Shown here: positions 1 through 8,489 of the stretch, piece after piece
Numbering within the stretch: position 1 is the first letter of the stretch
Layout: each line of letters begins with the position of its first letter
Assembly (NCBI GenBank): GCA_964401865.1
Contig: CAYNZZ010000018.1
Span: 1 to 22,142, forward strand
DNA length: 22,142 bases
From: an uncultured Erysipelotrichaceae bacterium
GTDB taxonomy: Bacteria > Bacillota_I > Bacilli_A > Erysipelotrichales > Erysipelotrichaceae
Direction: 5' to 3'
Position numbers and translations under genes: made by a program
Notes under the pieces: generated by a model
Database searches by the model: none
Seen by the model: only the letters and a program-made list of their open reading frames with translations
What the model was told of the DNA's origin: nothing

Positions 1-18
1 AGGGCTATGCCCGCACAT

Positions 19-47
19 TTAAAACCACTAGCTAAGCTAGTGGTTAA
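19..47. terminator. Perfect 10-bp stem-loop, candidate intrinsic terminator of ambiguous orientation
   Basis: Arms AACCACTAGC (23-32) and GCTAGTGGTT (36-45) are exact reverse complements around a TAA loop. The A-run at 21-24 gives a short U-tract on the minus strand, about 150 nt downstream of the ogt stop. A T-rich AATTATTGTTT follows on the plus strand. Confidence 0.45.
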
Positions 48-195
48 TTATTGTTTAAATTTTCGCGAGAAATTTTTATATTGTATCTTTGTCAAACAGA
101 AACAAGAATGTAATTAAATTAGAAGAGTGTGAATGTCTGAACGATTTGAGTCATCTAAGGTTTTTTAACTTCGAACGATTAAAAGTATCAACGAT

Positions 196-723
196 TTAAA
201 ATTTTGGCATGGCAAACTTAGAAATATCATGTCCTTCAAGCTTTAAAAGTTCAATCTTATTATTTATTCCGCCACCATAGCCGGTTATATTTAAATTTGC
301 ACCGATTACTCTGTGACAGGGGATGATGATACTAATGGGATTAGAGCCAACTGCTCCGCCTACTGCTTGGGCTGACATTTTTTTAATACCTCTTTTGTTG
401 GCGATAATTTTTGCAATATCGTTATATGTCATCGTCTCACCATAACCAATATTGTTTAAAATATTAGTAACTTCTTTTCTAAAAGCAGTGGAGTTATTGA
501 TTTTATATTCAGGAGTAAAATTTGGGATTTTGCCACTAAAGTAAATGTCTAACCATCTACATGTTTTATCAAATATATTGAGTTTTTTATCCATACAGTT
601 AGCACTATATTTTAATGAATCGTTTGATTCTTCAAACCACAGACCAGTTAAATATAAGCCATCACTGATCATGATTATGTTTGAGAAATTATTTGGTGTG
701 TCATACATATGTTTATAGGTCAT
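196..723 (-). CDS. ogt: Methylated-DNA--protein-cysteine methyltransferase (O6-alkylguanine DNA alkyltransferase)
   Basis: 175 aa with the active-site motif IIIPCHRVIG (PCHR) near the C-terminus. Typical length and two-domain layout. SD AGGAG lies 7 nt upstream of the ATG (reverse complement of 727-735). Confidence 0.9.
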   Translation of the reverse strand: MTYKHMYDTPNNFSNIIMISDGLYLTGLWFEESNDSLKYSANCMDKKLNIFDKTCRWLDIYFSGKIPNFTPEYKINNSTAFRKEVTNILNNIGYGETMTYNDIAKIIANKRGIKKMSAQAVGGAVGSNPISIIIPCHRVIGANLNITGYGGGINNKIELLKLEGHDISKFAMPKF

Positions 724-871
724 TATCTTCTCCTGCTGTCTCTTAATGTTATACTAGTTTTTATTGAATTGCTATATCGCTATGTTAGAAAAAATGGCAA
801 AGATGTAAAGATGTATCGCTAGAAAGATATTACATAATATTGTAGATTAAAAGTAATGATCGGAGGGAAAC

Positions 872-1321
872 ATGAGTATCGGTAATAATTTATTTAAGTT
901 TAGAAAAAAGATCGGACTTTCGCAAGAAAATGTTGCAGATAAACTAGGTGTTAGTCGTCAAACAATATCAAAGTGGGAAACCGATGAAACATTGCCGGAC
1001 ATTTATCAGGCTAAGAAATTAGCGAAATTATATAATATGTCTTTGGATGATTTAATTGAATTTGATATCGAAATGGCAAGGATTGAAGAAATAATTGAAA
1101 ACAGCGATGAAGAAAAAGAAAATAAAATCGATTGGACGAGTGTCTGGAGTAAGAAGTATCCTATACTTGCTGAATATCAAAAAGAAGTAAATATTGATGA
1201 ATATGCCAGTAAAATAAGTGCCATGTTGGCAAAACTTCAAAGTGATTATGGTTTTACTTATCTTGACAGTATGCTGGTGTTAAAAGATATTTTATATCAC
1301 GTTTATAAAGCGAATAAGTAA
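872..1321 (+). CDS. XRE-family helix-turn-helix transcriptional regulator with an uncharacterised ~85-aa C-terminal domain
   Basis: The N-terminus LSQENVADKLGVSRQTISKWETDETLPDIYQAKKLAKLYNMSLDDL is a classic HTH_3/XRE motif. SD GGAGGG lies upstream of the ATG. It is divergent from ogt. Confidence 0.85.
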   Translation: MSIGNNLFKFRKKIGLSQENVADKLGVSRQTISKWETDETLPDIYQAKKLAKLYNMSLDDLIEFDIEMARIEEIIENSDEEKENKIDWTSVWSKKYPILAEYQKEVNIDEYASKISAMLAKLQSDYGFTYLDSMLVLKDILYHVYKANK

Positions 1322-1356
1322 CAGGTGTATAATAATGGTAATTAAAGGAGTCAATT

Positions 1357-1545
1357 ATGAATAAGAAATTACATGTTATCAAAGAAAAATGTCCACAGAA
1401 TCATAAATGCCCATCGGTTGATATTTGTCCTGTTCAAGCGTTGACACAGATAGATTTTAATGCGCCTGAAGTCGATCATGATAAATGTATAAGATGTGGC
1501 AAATGTGCTAATTTTTGTCCCAAGAAAGCATTGGTATTGGACTAA
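1357..1545 (+). CDS. Small 4Fe-4S cluster-binding (ferredoxin-like) protein
   Basis: 62 aa with a canonical CIRCGKCANFCP (CxxCxxCxxxCP) motif and a second Cys-rich segment CPQNHKCPSVDICP. Strong SD AAAGGAG. Confidence 0.75.
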   Translation: MNKKLHVIKEKCPQNHKCPSVDICPVQALTQIDFNAPEVDHDKCIRCGKCANFCPKKALVLD

Positions 1546-1548
1546 CTT

Positions 1549-2196
1549 ATGGCTTTTGATTATAAAAAAGAGTATAAAGAATTCTATCTGCCAAGTAAAA
1601 AACCTAGCATCATTGAAATACCTAGCATGAATTACATCGCTGTTAAAGGTAAAGGAAATCCCAATGATGATCATGGCGAATATAAACAAAGTATTGGTTT
1701 ATTATACGCCATCGCTTTTACAATTAAGATGAGTTATAAAGGCGGTCATAAGATTGAAGGCTATTTTGAGTATGTTGTCCCGCCATTGGAGGGTTTTTGG
1801 TGGCAAGATGGTATAAAAGGTATTGATTACAGTAGAAAAGAAGATTTTAACTTTATTTCACTAATTAGATTACCTGATTTTGTTACGAAAAAAGATTTTG
1901 ATTGGGCGATAGAAGAGGCAACCAAAAAGAAGAAACAAGATTTTTCCAAAGTTGAGTTTTTAACATATGATGAAGGACTTTGTGTGCAATGTATGCATAT
2001 CGGTTCATATGATGATGAACCGGCAACAGTTAATTTGATGCACGAATACGCAAAAGAAAATGGCTATGTATTAGATATAACAGACACTAGATTTCATCAT
2101 GAAATATATTTGAGCGATCCTAGAAGATGTGATGTCGCAAAATTAAAAACTGTTGTTCGCCATCCTATAAAAGAAGATAAATCAAAAAATGAGTAG
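1549..2196 (+). CDS. GyrI-like small-molecule-binding domain protein
   Basis: 215 aa. The N-terminus FDYKKEYKEFYLPSKKPSIIEIPSMNYIAVKGKGNPN and the later EGFWWQ and CVQCMHIGSYDD segments match the pattern I recognise for GyrI-like (SbmC/AraC-effector fold) proteins. It starts 3 nt after the preceding stop. Confidence 0.7.
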   Translation: MAFDYKKEYKEFYLPSKKPSIIEIPSMNYIAVKGKGNPNDDHGEYKQSIGLLYAIAFTIKMSYKGGHKIEGYFEYVVPPLEGFWWQDGIKGIDYSRKEDFNFISLIRLPDFVTKKDFDWAIEEATKKKKQDFSKVEFLTYDEGLCVQCMHIGSYDDEPATVNLMHEYAKENGYVLDITDTRFHHEIYLSDPRRCDVAKLKTVVRHPIKEDKSKNE

Positions 2197-2204
2197 GTAA
2201 GACT

Positions 2205-2546
2205 ATGAAAATTACTATTGAAGAATTACAAGCGTATTTATTAGATCATTATAGTATCAATGGTATAGATCAAAGTTTATTTATGAAATTAGTTGAAGAA
2301 ATAGGTGAAGTAGCAGAAGTTTTAAATAAAAAAGTCGGGAGAAAATCATCGAATAACGAAGATTTAAAAACCCAATTAGGCAATGAATTAGCTGATGTTA
2401 TTCATTATAGTATTGCGATTGCAGCATTGAATGATATCGATATGAATGATTTTATCCTTAGCAAAGATAAGGTGGCGTCTATCAAATATAATCACAAAAC
2501 TAATCTTGAACAATTTGTTTTAAATAAAAGAAGCAGCAATAAATAA
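2205..2546 (+). CDS. MazG-like nucleoside triphosphate pyrophosphohydrolase domain protein
   Basis: 113 aa with EEIGEVAE...LGNELADVIHY, the paired EExxE / ExxD helices typical of the all-alpha MazG/NTP-PPase fold. There is an 8-nt gap to the upstream gene. Confidence 0.75.
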   Translation: MKITIEELQAYLLDHYSINGIDQSLFMKLVEEIGEVAEVLNKKVGRKSSNNEDLKTQLGNELADVIHYSIAIAALNDIDMNDFILSKDKVASIKYNHKTNLEQFVLNKRSSNK

Positions 2547-2640
2547 CTTCCCGAATTAAAAGTACCTAAATGTTACAAAGGCAATATGAACTTCCGTGTA
2601 GGTATAGTATAAGGTAGAGGGTGCGGACAATTTTAAATGA

Positions 2641-3807
2641 TTACTTAAATATTGAAATGAATGATGAAATTATATCGATACCTGATACAAATGTACCGAT
2701 AGTTGAAAAGACATTCGCAAGTATTACAACCAATAATATGCGAGTTACTCTGTTGGTCCAAAAACCTTTAATTGTTGCGGTATCGTTAGCTAGATTTTCA
2801 AAATCTTTGACTTTTGGCTTACGTATTGTTGCTTCGACGAGACCAGCAAACCAACCGGCAGCTAATAATGGGTTTAATGAAGTTATGGGTGCAGCTATGA
2901 AGGCAGTTAATATTGAAAGTGGATGCCCAAACGCTAACAGTACACCTATGGCACTCAATGTACCGTTCCATAACCACCACGAGTATATCTGATTGATGCC
3001 GACATCTTTATTTACGAATAATGTATAAGCAACAATGGCGATTAGTAAGATAGGGATAGCCCATTTAATGATGGTGCCAATACCTTTTTTCTTACTTGTG
3101 TCATCTAATTCATCAATCGAATAATCAAGAGGGATATTTTTGATGATACCATTAGCATGAGCTGCTCCGATGACAGCGACGATTTTGTTGCCGGGAGCAT
3201 TTTTAATTTTATAGGCAAGATACATATCTCTTTCATCGACAAGAACTTTTTTAACAATTGGAAAATCTTTTCCGATATCGTTCAGCGCCGCCTCTAAAGC
3301 ATCGCTTTTTTTTAACTGTTCTAAGTCCTCTTCGGTTATTTCTTCATCTTCAAAAATAGACATGAAGATAGTCGTGATAAGTTTAGCTTTTTCAATAAAA
3401 CCAAGCTTATTCCAAATACGTGAGAAAGTATTTTTTATCGATCTATCAGCCAAAACTAAATTTAAATTATTTTCTTGAGCCAGATTGATACCGGTAATCA
3501 TTTCTTGTCCTGAAGTATTATCCATTTTCTTAGCCATTCTTTTTTGAAAGGAAGCCAAGATAATATTGGCAAGAAGAAAGCCGGTTTTCTTTTCTTTTAT
3601 AACTTTTACGATATCCTGTTCACGCCAATCATCCTGATTTTTAACTGAATTGTAACGATCTTCATCGAGTTCAACACAGATACTGTCAGGGTTGATTTCA
3701 CTTATAGCATTTTTTACATCCTCAACACTATTTTTTGAGATATGGGCAGTCTTTACTAGAGTTATTTCTTTATCCTTGTAATTGATAGTAACTATATTTT
3801 CATTCAT
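2641..3807 (-). CDS. TraB/GumN-family protein with a C-terminal polytopic membrane region
   Basis: 388 aa. The N-terminus ITLVKTAHISKNSVEDV resembles the TraB GTAH(V/I)S signature. The C-terminal third carries several hydrophobic helices (IIKWAIPILLIAIVAYTLFV, LSAIGVLLAFGHPLSILTAFIAAPI, ILLVVILANVFSTIGTFV). Confidence 0.8.
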   Translation of the reverse strand: MNENIVTINYKDKEITLVKTAHISKNSVEDVKNAISEINPDSICVELDEDRYNSVKNQDDWREQDIVKVIKEKKTGFLLANIILASFQKRMAKKMDNTSGQEMITGINLAQENNLNLVLADRSIKNTFSRIWNKLGFIEKAKLITTIFMSIFEDEEITEEDLEQLKKSDALEAALNDIGKDFPIVKKVLVDERDMYLAYKIKNAPGNKIVAVIGAAHANGIIKNIPLDYSIDELDDTSKKKGIGTIIKWAIPILLIAIVAYTLFVNKDVGINQIYSWWLWNGTLSAIGVLLAFGHPLSILTAFIAAPITSLNPLLAAGWFAGLVEATIRKPKVKDFENLANDTATIKGFWTNRVTRILLVVILANVFSTIGTFVSGIDIISSFISIFK

Positions 3808-3848
3808 AGTATCATTCTATAAAAAAATAAATTCATTTTCTAGTCTTA

Positions 3849-3878
3849 TTCATCAATGGTTTGCAAGTATGATATAAT
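3849..3878 (+). promoter_or_regulatory. Candidate sigma-A promoter of the cdaA operon (extended -10)
   Basis: TGaTATAAT at 3870-3878 is a perfect extended -10 element. There is a weak -35 (TTCATC/TCATCA at 3849-3855). A strong SD GAAGGAGGA lies at 3891-3899. Confidence 0.5.
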
Positions 3879-3905
3879 TTAAAAATGTAAGAAGGAGGAT
3901 TCATC

Positions 3906-5066
3906 ATGCCTGATTATAATATTAATTTAACAATTCAAAGCATTTGGACCATTTCAAGAATCTTCTTTGATATCGCAATCATGTGGTTTGTGCTTTATTA
4001 TGCAATTAAATTCGTTAGAAATAATGCTCGAACCATTCAAATATTTAAGGGTATAATAGTAGTTTTGTTAGTCAATGGTATAGCTAAATTCTTAGGTTTT
4101 ACAACTATATCATATTTTACTGATATGTTTATTAACTGGGGATTCTTAGCTGTTATTGTAATATTTCAACCCGAGATTAGAGGTTTGCTAGAAAGACTGG
4201 GCAAAACTAACGCCTTTTCTAGTATTTCAACTCTTTTGTCAAACGAAAAAGAACAATTGGTCAATGAGATTTATGATGCTGTAATAGCTTTATCAAGAGC
4301 TAGAGTTGGCGCACTGATCTCTGTGGAGCAATCTCAATCAATGCAGGATTATGTCCGTACAGGTATTAAAGTAAATGCTACTGTAAGCAAAGAACTGTTG
4401 TGTTCTATTTTTATGACCACCACCCCTTTGCATGATGGAGCAGTGATAATTCAAGGCGATAAGATAACTTGTGCTAGTGCATATTTTCCGCCGACAAACG
4501 CTAACTTGTCATCTAGATATGGTGCAAGACATAGAGCGGCTTTGGGTATTGCCGAAGTTTGCGATGCGCTTACGATTGTGGTATCTGAAGAAACGAGTGC
4601 TATTTCTATTGCCGAAAAGGGTAAAATATTTCAAGTCGATGAAAACCAATTAAAAGATTATTTGCGCCGTGTAATATGCAATGACGAAATTGAAATCAAG
4701 AAAGATGCTAAACAGCGTCGAAGTATAACTATTCTTGGTGAACCTGAGATCATCGTTGACAAAGAAGAAGAAAAGAATAATAGTAGTGGATTCTTTGCAA
4801 ATATATTTCAGTCAAGAAATCGTTTTAAAGGTTTGACAAAGGAAGAAAAAGAAGACAAAAACGGCGAACTTGATATGAAACTTCCCATTAATAACCGTTT
4901 AAAATATGAACAAAATCATCAGGAAGAAAACGGAGAAGGAAACGTTATTGAAAATAAGAATGATGATAACGAAGAGATTTTAGATGCCGATATTCACATT
5001 AAAGTTGAAGAAGGCTTTAATGAGGAAGACGATGACATGGAAGGAGATGTAGAAGATGAAAGATAA
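3906..5066 (+). CDS. cdaA: Diadenylate cyclase CdaA (membrane-anchored DAC domain) with a long acidic C-terminal extension
   Basis: Three N-terminal TM helices, then DAC motifs HDGAVII and RHRAALG. It has the conserved position upstream of cdaR and glmM. 386 aa, versus about 270 aa for the CdaA proteins I remember. Confidence 0.92.
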   Translation: MPDYNINLTIQSIWTISRIFFDIAIMWFVLYYAIKFVRNNARTIQIFKGIIVVLLVNGIAKFLGFTTISYFTDMFINWGFLAVIVIFQPEIRGLLERLGKTNAFSSISTLLSNEKEQLVNEIYDAVIALSRARVGALISVEQSQSMQDYVRTGIKVNATVSKELLCSIFMTTTPLHDGAVIIQGDKITCASAYFPPTNANLSSRYGARHRAALGIAEVCDALTIVVSEETSAISIAEKGKIFQVDENQLKDYLRRVICNDEIEIKKDAKQRRSITILGEPEIIVDKEEEKNNSSGFFANIFQSRNRFKGLTKEEKEDKNGELDMKLPINNRLKYEQNHQEENGEGNVIENKNDDNEEILDADIHIKVEEGFNEEDDDMEGDVEDER

Positions 5067-6417
5067 TAAACATATTCAAGATCCTTCTGAAAAGGTTGAA
5101 TTGGCTAAAAAAATCGCCAATCAAAGTAAGAAAGTAACCAATGCATATACCAGTTTTGAAGAGGGCATATTTAGAGTTTTGCGATTCTTATCTTCTTTGA
5201 TCGATCGCCTGTTTTTCTCGCAGAGATATTTGTTATTAGTGTCGTTGATATTGGCTGTTTTGTTGTATGCATCAGTTAATGTTTCTGATTTAAATGGTTT
5301 TTTAAATGCCCCATTATTAAGTGCCAAAACGATCTCGGGAGCCAGCGTTAACGCCAGATATAATTCTGAATCGTTTGAGATTAGTGGACTACCTAGCAGT
5401 TGTGAAATCGTCATTACCGGTGAAGTCAGCAATGTTACAAATGCTGCTGGTAAAAATGGTTATTGTTTAGTTAATTTAGAAGGTTATACAGAGGGTACAC
5501 ATTCGATTAAGTTGGTCGCTAGTGGATATGGCGATAACGTTACCGCTACTGTTACGCCAAGCGAAGCACTGATTACTTTAAAACGCAAAACGACCAGACA
5601 ATTTACGTTGGGTTATGAGTATATCAATCAAAATTCTTTAGATTCCAAGTTTATTCTGGGCGTTCCGACATTCTCTACTGATAATGTAGTTAACATTCGT
5701 GCTTCAGAAGATACCTTAAATTCTATTGCTTTTGTTAAGGCGTTGATTGATGTTTCCGGACAAAGCTCAGATTTTGAAGTTGAAGCTCCACTTGTTGCTT
5801 ATAATAAATCTGGCCAAGCTGTTGACACTGAAATCGTTCCTAGTACCGTGACGGCTAAGGTTACAGTGTCTTCACCGAGCAAAACAGTTCCGATCGTATT
5901 AAAAGTAACTGGTGAAATGGCCGAAGGATTAGCAATCGATTCTGTGCAAATGGATCACCAGACAACGACTATTTATGCGCCAGAATCAGTATTAGCTACA
6001 GTTAACAGTGTCGAGGTTAATCTTGATGCTTCAACATTGACCAGAAATACCGAGATTGTGCAACCTATCACACTCCCTAATGGTGTTAGCGGTTCACAGG
6101 TTAATAGAGTAAATTTATCAGTTCAAGTAAGTGAAGCTCGAAGCAAGATACTTGAAAATGTTCCTATTGTTTACCGTAACAACACACAAGGTTATGGTGC
6201 TCAGGATGTAAGTTTAACATCGGTGAATTTGACTGTTACTGGCAGCGAGAATAACATTGCTGGTGTATCGGCTAGTGATTATGTTGTATTCTTTGATGTT
6301 GCAGGACTTGAGCCGGGCACATATGAACTTCCATTACAAATTGAACAGAACACAAGCAGTTTTGTAACTGCGACACTAAATGAAATGACAGTGACAATTA
6401 CACTTGTCGAACAGTAG
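5056..6417 (+). CDS. cdaR: CdaA regulatory protein CdaR (YbbR-domain repeat protein)
   Basis: 453 aa with one N-terminal TM helix (LLLVSLILAVLLYASV) followed by a repetitive beta-rich extracytoplasmic region typical of YbbR repeats. Its start overlaps the cdaA 3' end by 11 nt. It sits between cdaA and glmM. Confidence 0.85.
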   Translation: MKDNKHIQDPSEKVELAKKIANQSKKVTNAYTSFEEGIFRVLRFLSSLIDRLFFSQRYLLLVSLILAVLLYASVNVSDLNGFLNAPLLSAKTISGASVNARYNSESFEISGLPSSCEIVITGEVSNVTNAAGKNGYCLVNLEGYTEGTHSIKLVASGYGDNVTATVTPSEALITLKRKTTRQFTLGYEYINQNSLDSKFILGVPTFSTDNVVNIRASEDTLNSIAFVKALIDVSGQSSDFEVEAPLVAYNKSGQAVDTEIVPSTVTAKVTVSSPSKTVPIVLKVTGEMAEGLAIDSVQMDHQTTTIYAPESVLATVNSVEVNLDASTLTRNTEIVQPITLPNGVSGSQVNRVNLSVQVSEARSKILENVPIVYRNNTQGYGAQDVSLTSVNLTVTGSENNIAGVSASDYVVFFDVAGLEPGTYELPLQIEQNTSSFVTATLNEMTVTITLVEQ

Positions 6418-6425
6418 GAGATATT

Positions 6426-7769
6426 ATGGGAAAATATTTTGGTACAGATGGCATTCGTGGAAATGCTAATGAAAAATTGACTGTCGATATGGCATTTAAA
6501 GTTGGAAGATTTATTGGTCATTATTTCAATAAAGAACATAGAGCGAAAATAGTTATCGGGAAAGACACAAGATTATCGAGCAGTATGTTTGAAAATGCTA
6601 TTGCTAGCGGTATTAGTGCCAGTGGCGGTGATGCTTATTTAGTTGGTTACACAAGCACGCCATGTCTTGCGTATCTCGCTTCGAATAAGGACTTTGATTG
6701 TGGCGTTATGATTTCAGCCAGCCATAATCCCTTCCATGATAATGGTATAAAATTATTTTCAAAAAGTGGTTTGAAGATAGACGGGCAAATTGAAAAAATG
6801 ATTGAAGATTACATCGACAATCCGGTTGGAATCGATTATGCGGTTAATGAAAATATTGGTAATATTTATCCATACCATGAGGGAATAACTCAATATCAAG
6901 AATGGCTGTATTCTCTGTTTGATATTGATTTATCTGATATGAAAATATTATTAGATTTAGCTAATGGTTCAAACTGTTATACAGCTAAAGAAGTTTTAAA
7001 ACATTACAATGCTGATTGGGCTATCATTAACGATAGCCCAAATGGTATCAATATCAATACTGATTGCGGTTCTACGCATTTAACCGCTTTGAAAGAAGCG
7101 ATTAAAAAGGGAACATACGATATCGGTTTCGCTTTTGATGGCGATGCTGATCGTGTGTTAGCTGTCGATAGAAATGGCAATGAGGTCGATGGCGATAAAA
7201 TTATGTACGCTATTGCGGTGTATGAAAAATCAATGGGTACACTAAATGGTAATTCTTTAGTTACGACTGTAATGTCAAATATTGGTTTATTTAAAGCTCT
7301 TAAAGTTCAAGGCATTGATAGTGTTATTACACCGGTTGGCGATAAGAATGTCGTAGATGCAATGGTTAAAAATGATTACATTGTTGGCGGTGAGCAATCT
7401 GGACACATTATCAACAAAAAACATTCTAAGTTTGGTGACGGTTTAAAAACAGCTTTAAATGTGCTTACTGTAATGGTAAAGACCGGTAAGAGCATCGAGG
7501 AGCTTACAGGTGATGTAGTTATCTATCCGCAATTATTAGTCAATGAGAGAGTTGTCGATAAAAATATCGTTTTAAATGACGAAACAATCAATAAAAAAAT
7601 CGATGATATTGCTGAGCGGCTCAAAGATAATGGTCGCATCTTGGTAAGACCTAGTGGTACTGAACCATTGATTAGAGTAATGGTTGAAGCGCCTGATGAA
7701 AAACTATGTCACGATTTAGTGTATGAAGTAATCGACCTTATCAAAGAGAAGGGTTATAGCGCTAATTGA
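6426..7769 (+). CDS. glmM: Phosphoglucosamine mutase
   Basis: 447 aa. N-terminus MGKYFGTDGIRG, phosphoserine loop ISASHNP, metal loop FDGDADR, and GEQSGH. SD AGGAG. Confidence 0.95.
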   Translation: MGKYFGTDGIRGNANEKLTVDMAFKVGRFIGHYFNKEHRAKIVIGKDTRLSSSMFENAIASGISASGGDAYLVGYTSTPCLAYLASNKDFDCGVMISASHNPFHDNGIKLFSKSGLKIDGQIEKMIEDYIDNPVGIDYAVNENIGNIYPYHEGITQYQEWLYSLFDIDLSDMKILLDLANGSNCYTAKEVLKHYNADWAIINDSPNGININTDCGSTHLTALKEAIKKGTYDIGFAFDGDADRVLAVDRNGNEVDGDKIMYAIAVYEKSMGTLNGNSLVTTVMSNIGLFKALKVQGIDSVITPVGDKNVVDAMVKNDYIVGGEQSGHIINKKHSKFGDGLKTALNVLTVMVKTGKSIEELTGDVVIYPQLLVNERVVDKNIVLNDETINKKIDDIAERLKDNGRILVRPSGTEPLIRVMVEAPDEKLCHDLVYEVIDLIKEKGYSAN

Positions 7770-7795
7770 GAATGACGTTGTCATTCTTTTTTTCT
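7768..7795 (+). terminator. Rho-independent terminator ending the cdaA-cdaR-glmM operon
   Basis: AGAATGAC (7769-7776) pairs with GTCATTCT (7780-7787) across a GTT loop. It is followed by TTTTTT at 7788-7793. It overlaps the glmM TGA stop. Confidence 0.85.
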
Positions 7796-7809
7796 CAATG
7801 TAGGCTTTG

Positions 7810-7818
7810 TGTTAAAAT
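7810..7818 (+). promoter_or_regulatory. Candidate extended -10 promoter element for the two-component/cell-wall block
   Basis: TGtTAAAAT at 7810-7818 lies just downstream of the glmM terminator and 18 nt upstream of the response-regulator ATG. The -35 is poor. Confidence 0.4.
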
Positions 7819-7835
7819 AATCTTAGGTAAAAAAC

Positions 7836-8489
7836 ATGAAAAAAGTAATAAGTGTAGTAGAAGACGAAAAAGATTTAAATGAGCTAGTTAAACGTTATCT
7901 AGAGAAAGAAGGATATGCAGTGAATTCTTATCTAACTTTTGATGAGGCTTATTCGCACCTTGACGATAATTGTGATTTATGGATTTTGGATATCATGCTG
8001 GACGACAAGAGCGGATTTGATTTGATTGACGAAATAAAAGAACGCAATCAGAATATTCCGGTTATTTTTATGAGTGCCCGTGATAAAGAGTTCGATCGTA
8101 TCATCGGACTTGAAAGGGGAAGTGAAGACTATATTACAAAACCATTCTCACCCAAAGAACTTGTTTTGAGAGTTAACAATATTATTAAAAGAGTGTATAA
8201 AGATAATGATACTATTAGCATTTACGGATATGAGATTGATAAAAATCAAAGACTTGTTACATATCAAGGTCAAGCTATCGATTTGACAACTAAAGAGTTT
8301 GATTTATTAATGCTATTTGTAAAAAATAGAGGTAAAGCATTTTTGAGAGAAGAAATACTCGAAAGAGTTTGGGAAGATAATTTCTATGGTTCTGACCGCG
8401 TTGTTGACGATACAATGCGACGCTTACGCAAGAAAATGCCTAATATAGGTATTCAGACCATTTATGGTTTTGGTTACCGTTTATCATAA
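7836..8489 (+). CDS. OmpR/PhoB-family response regulator
   Basis: 217 aa. Receiver domain with acidic pocket (VVEDE) and phospho-acceptor context LWILDIMLDD, plus KPF. The C-terminal winged helix reads LTTKEFDLLMLF...VWE...RVVDDTMRRLRKK...IQTIYGFGYRL. Confidence 0.92.
   Translation: MKKVISVVEDEKDLNELVKRYLEKEGYAVNSYLTFDEAYSHLDDNCDLWILDIMLDDKSGFDLIDEIKERNQNIPVIFMSARDKEFDRIIGLERGSEDYITKPFSPKELVLRVNNIIKRVYKDNDTISIYGYEIDKNQRLVTYQGQAIDLTTKEFDLLMLFVKNRGKAFLREEILERVWEDNFYGSDRVVDDTMRRLRKKMPNIGIQTIYGFGYRLS

Noticed and set aside
1-47. On the minus strand the hairpin at 23-45 is followed by TTTTAAAT and then GTGCGGGCATAGCCCT running off the window. GTGCG after a terminator hairpin is the configuration of a class C group II intron 5' end.
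   Set aside because: Only 16 nt of the putative intron are visible. GTGCG is a 5-mer that also occurs elsewhere (for example at 2621). No domain V or reverse-transcriptase sequence is available. The idea can only be tested by extending the sequence leftwards and scanning with group II intron covariance models.
140-196. The heptamer AACGATT occurs three times (140-146, 174-180, 190-196) downstream of ogt.
   Set aside because: The motif is short and the spacing is irregular (34 and 16 nt) in AT-rich DNA. No associated ORF or structure is present, so it is consistent with chance.
775-821. TATCGCTA occurs twice (775-782, 814-821), and a tandem AAAGATGT x2 lies at 799-814 in the ogt/XRE divergent region. 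These could be operator sites.
   Set aside because: They are 8-mers with no dyad symmetry that I can verify. They are mentioned only as a place to look under the ogt-XRE finding and are not strong enough to call as a regulatory feature.
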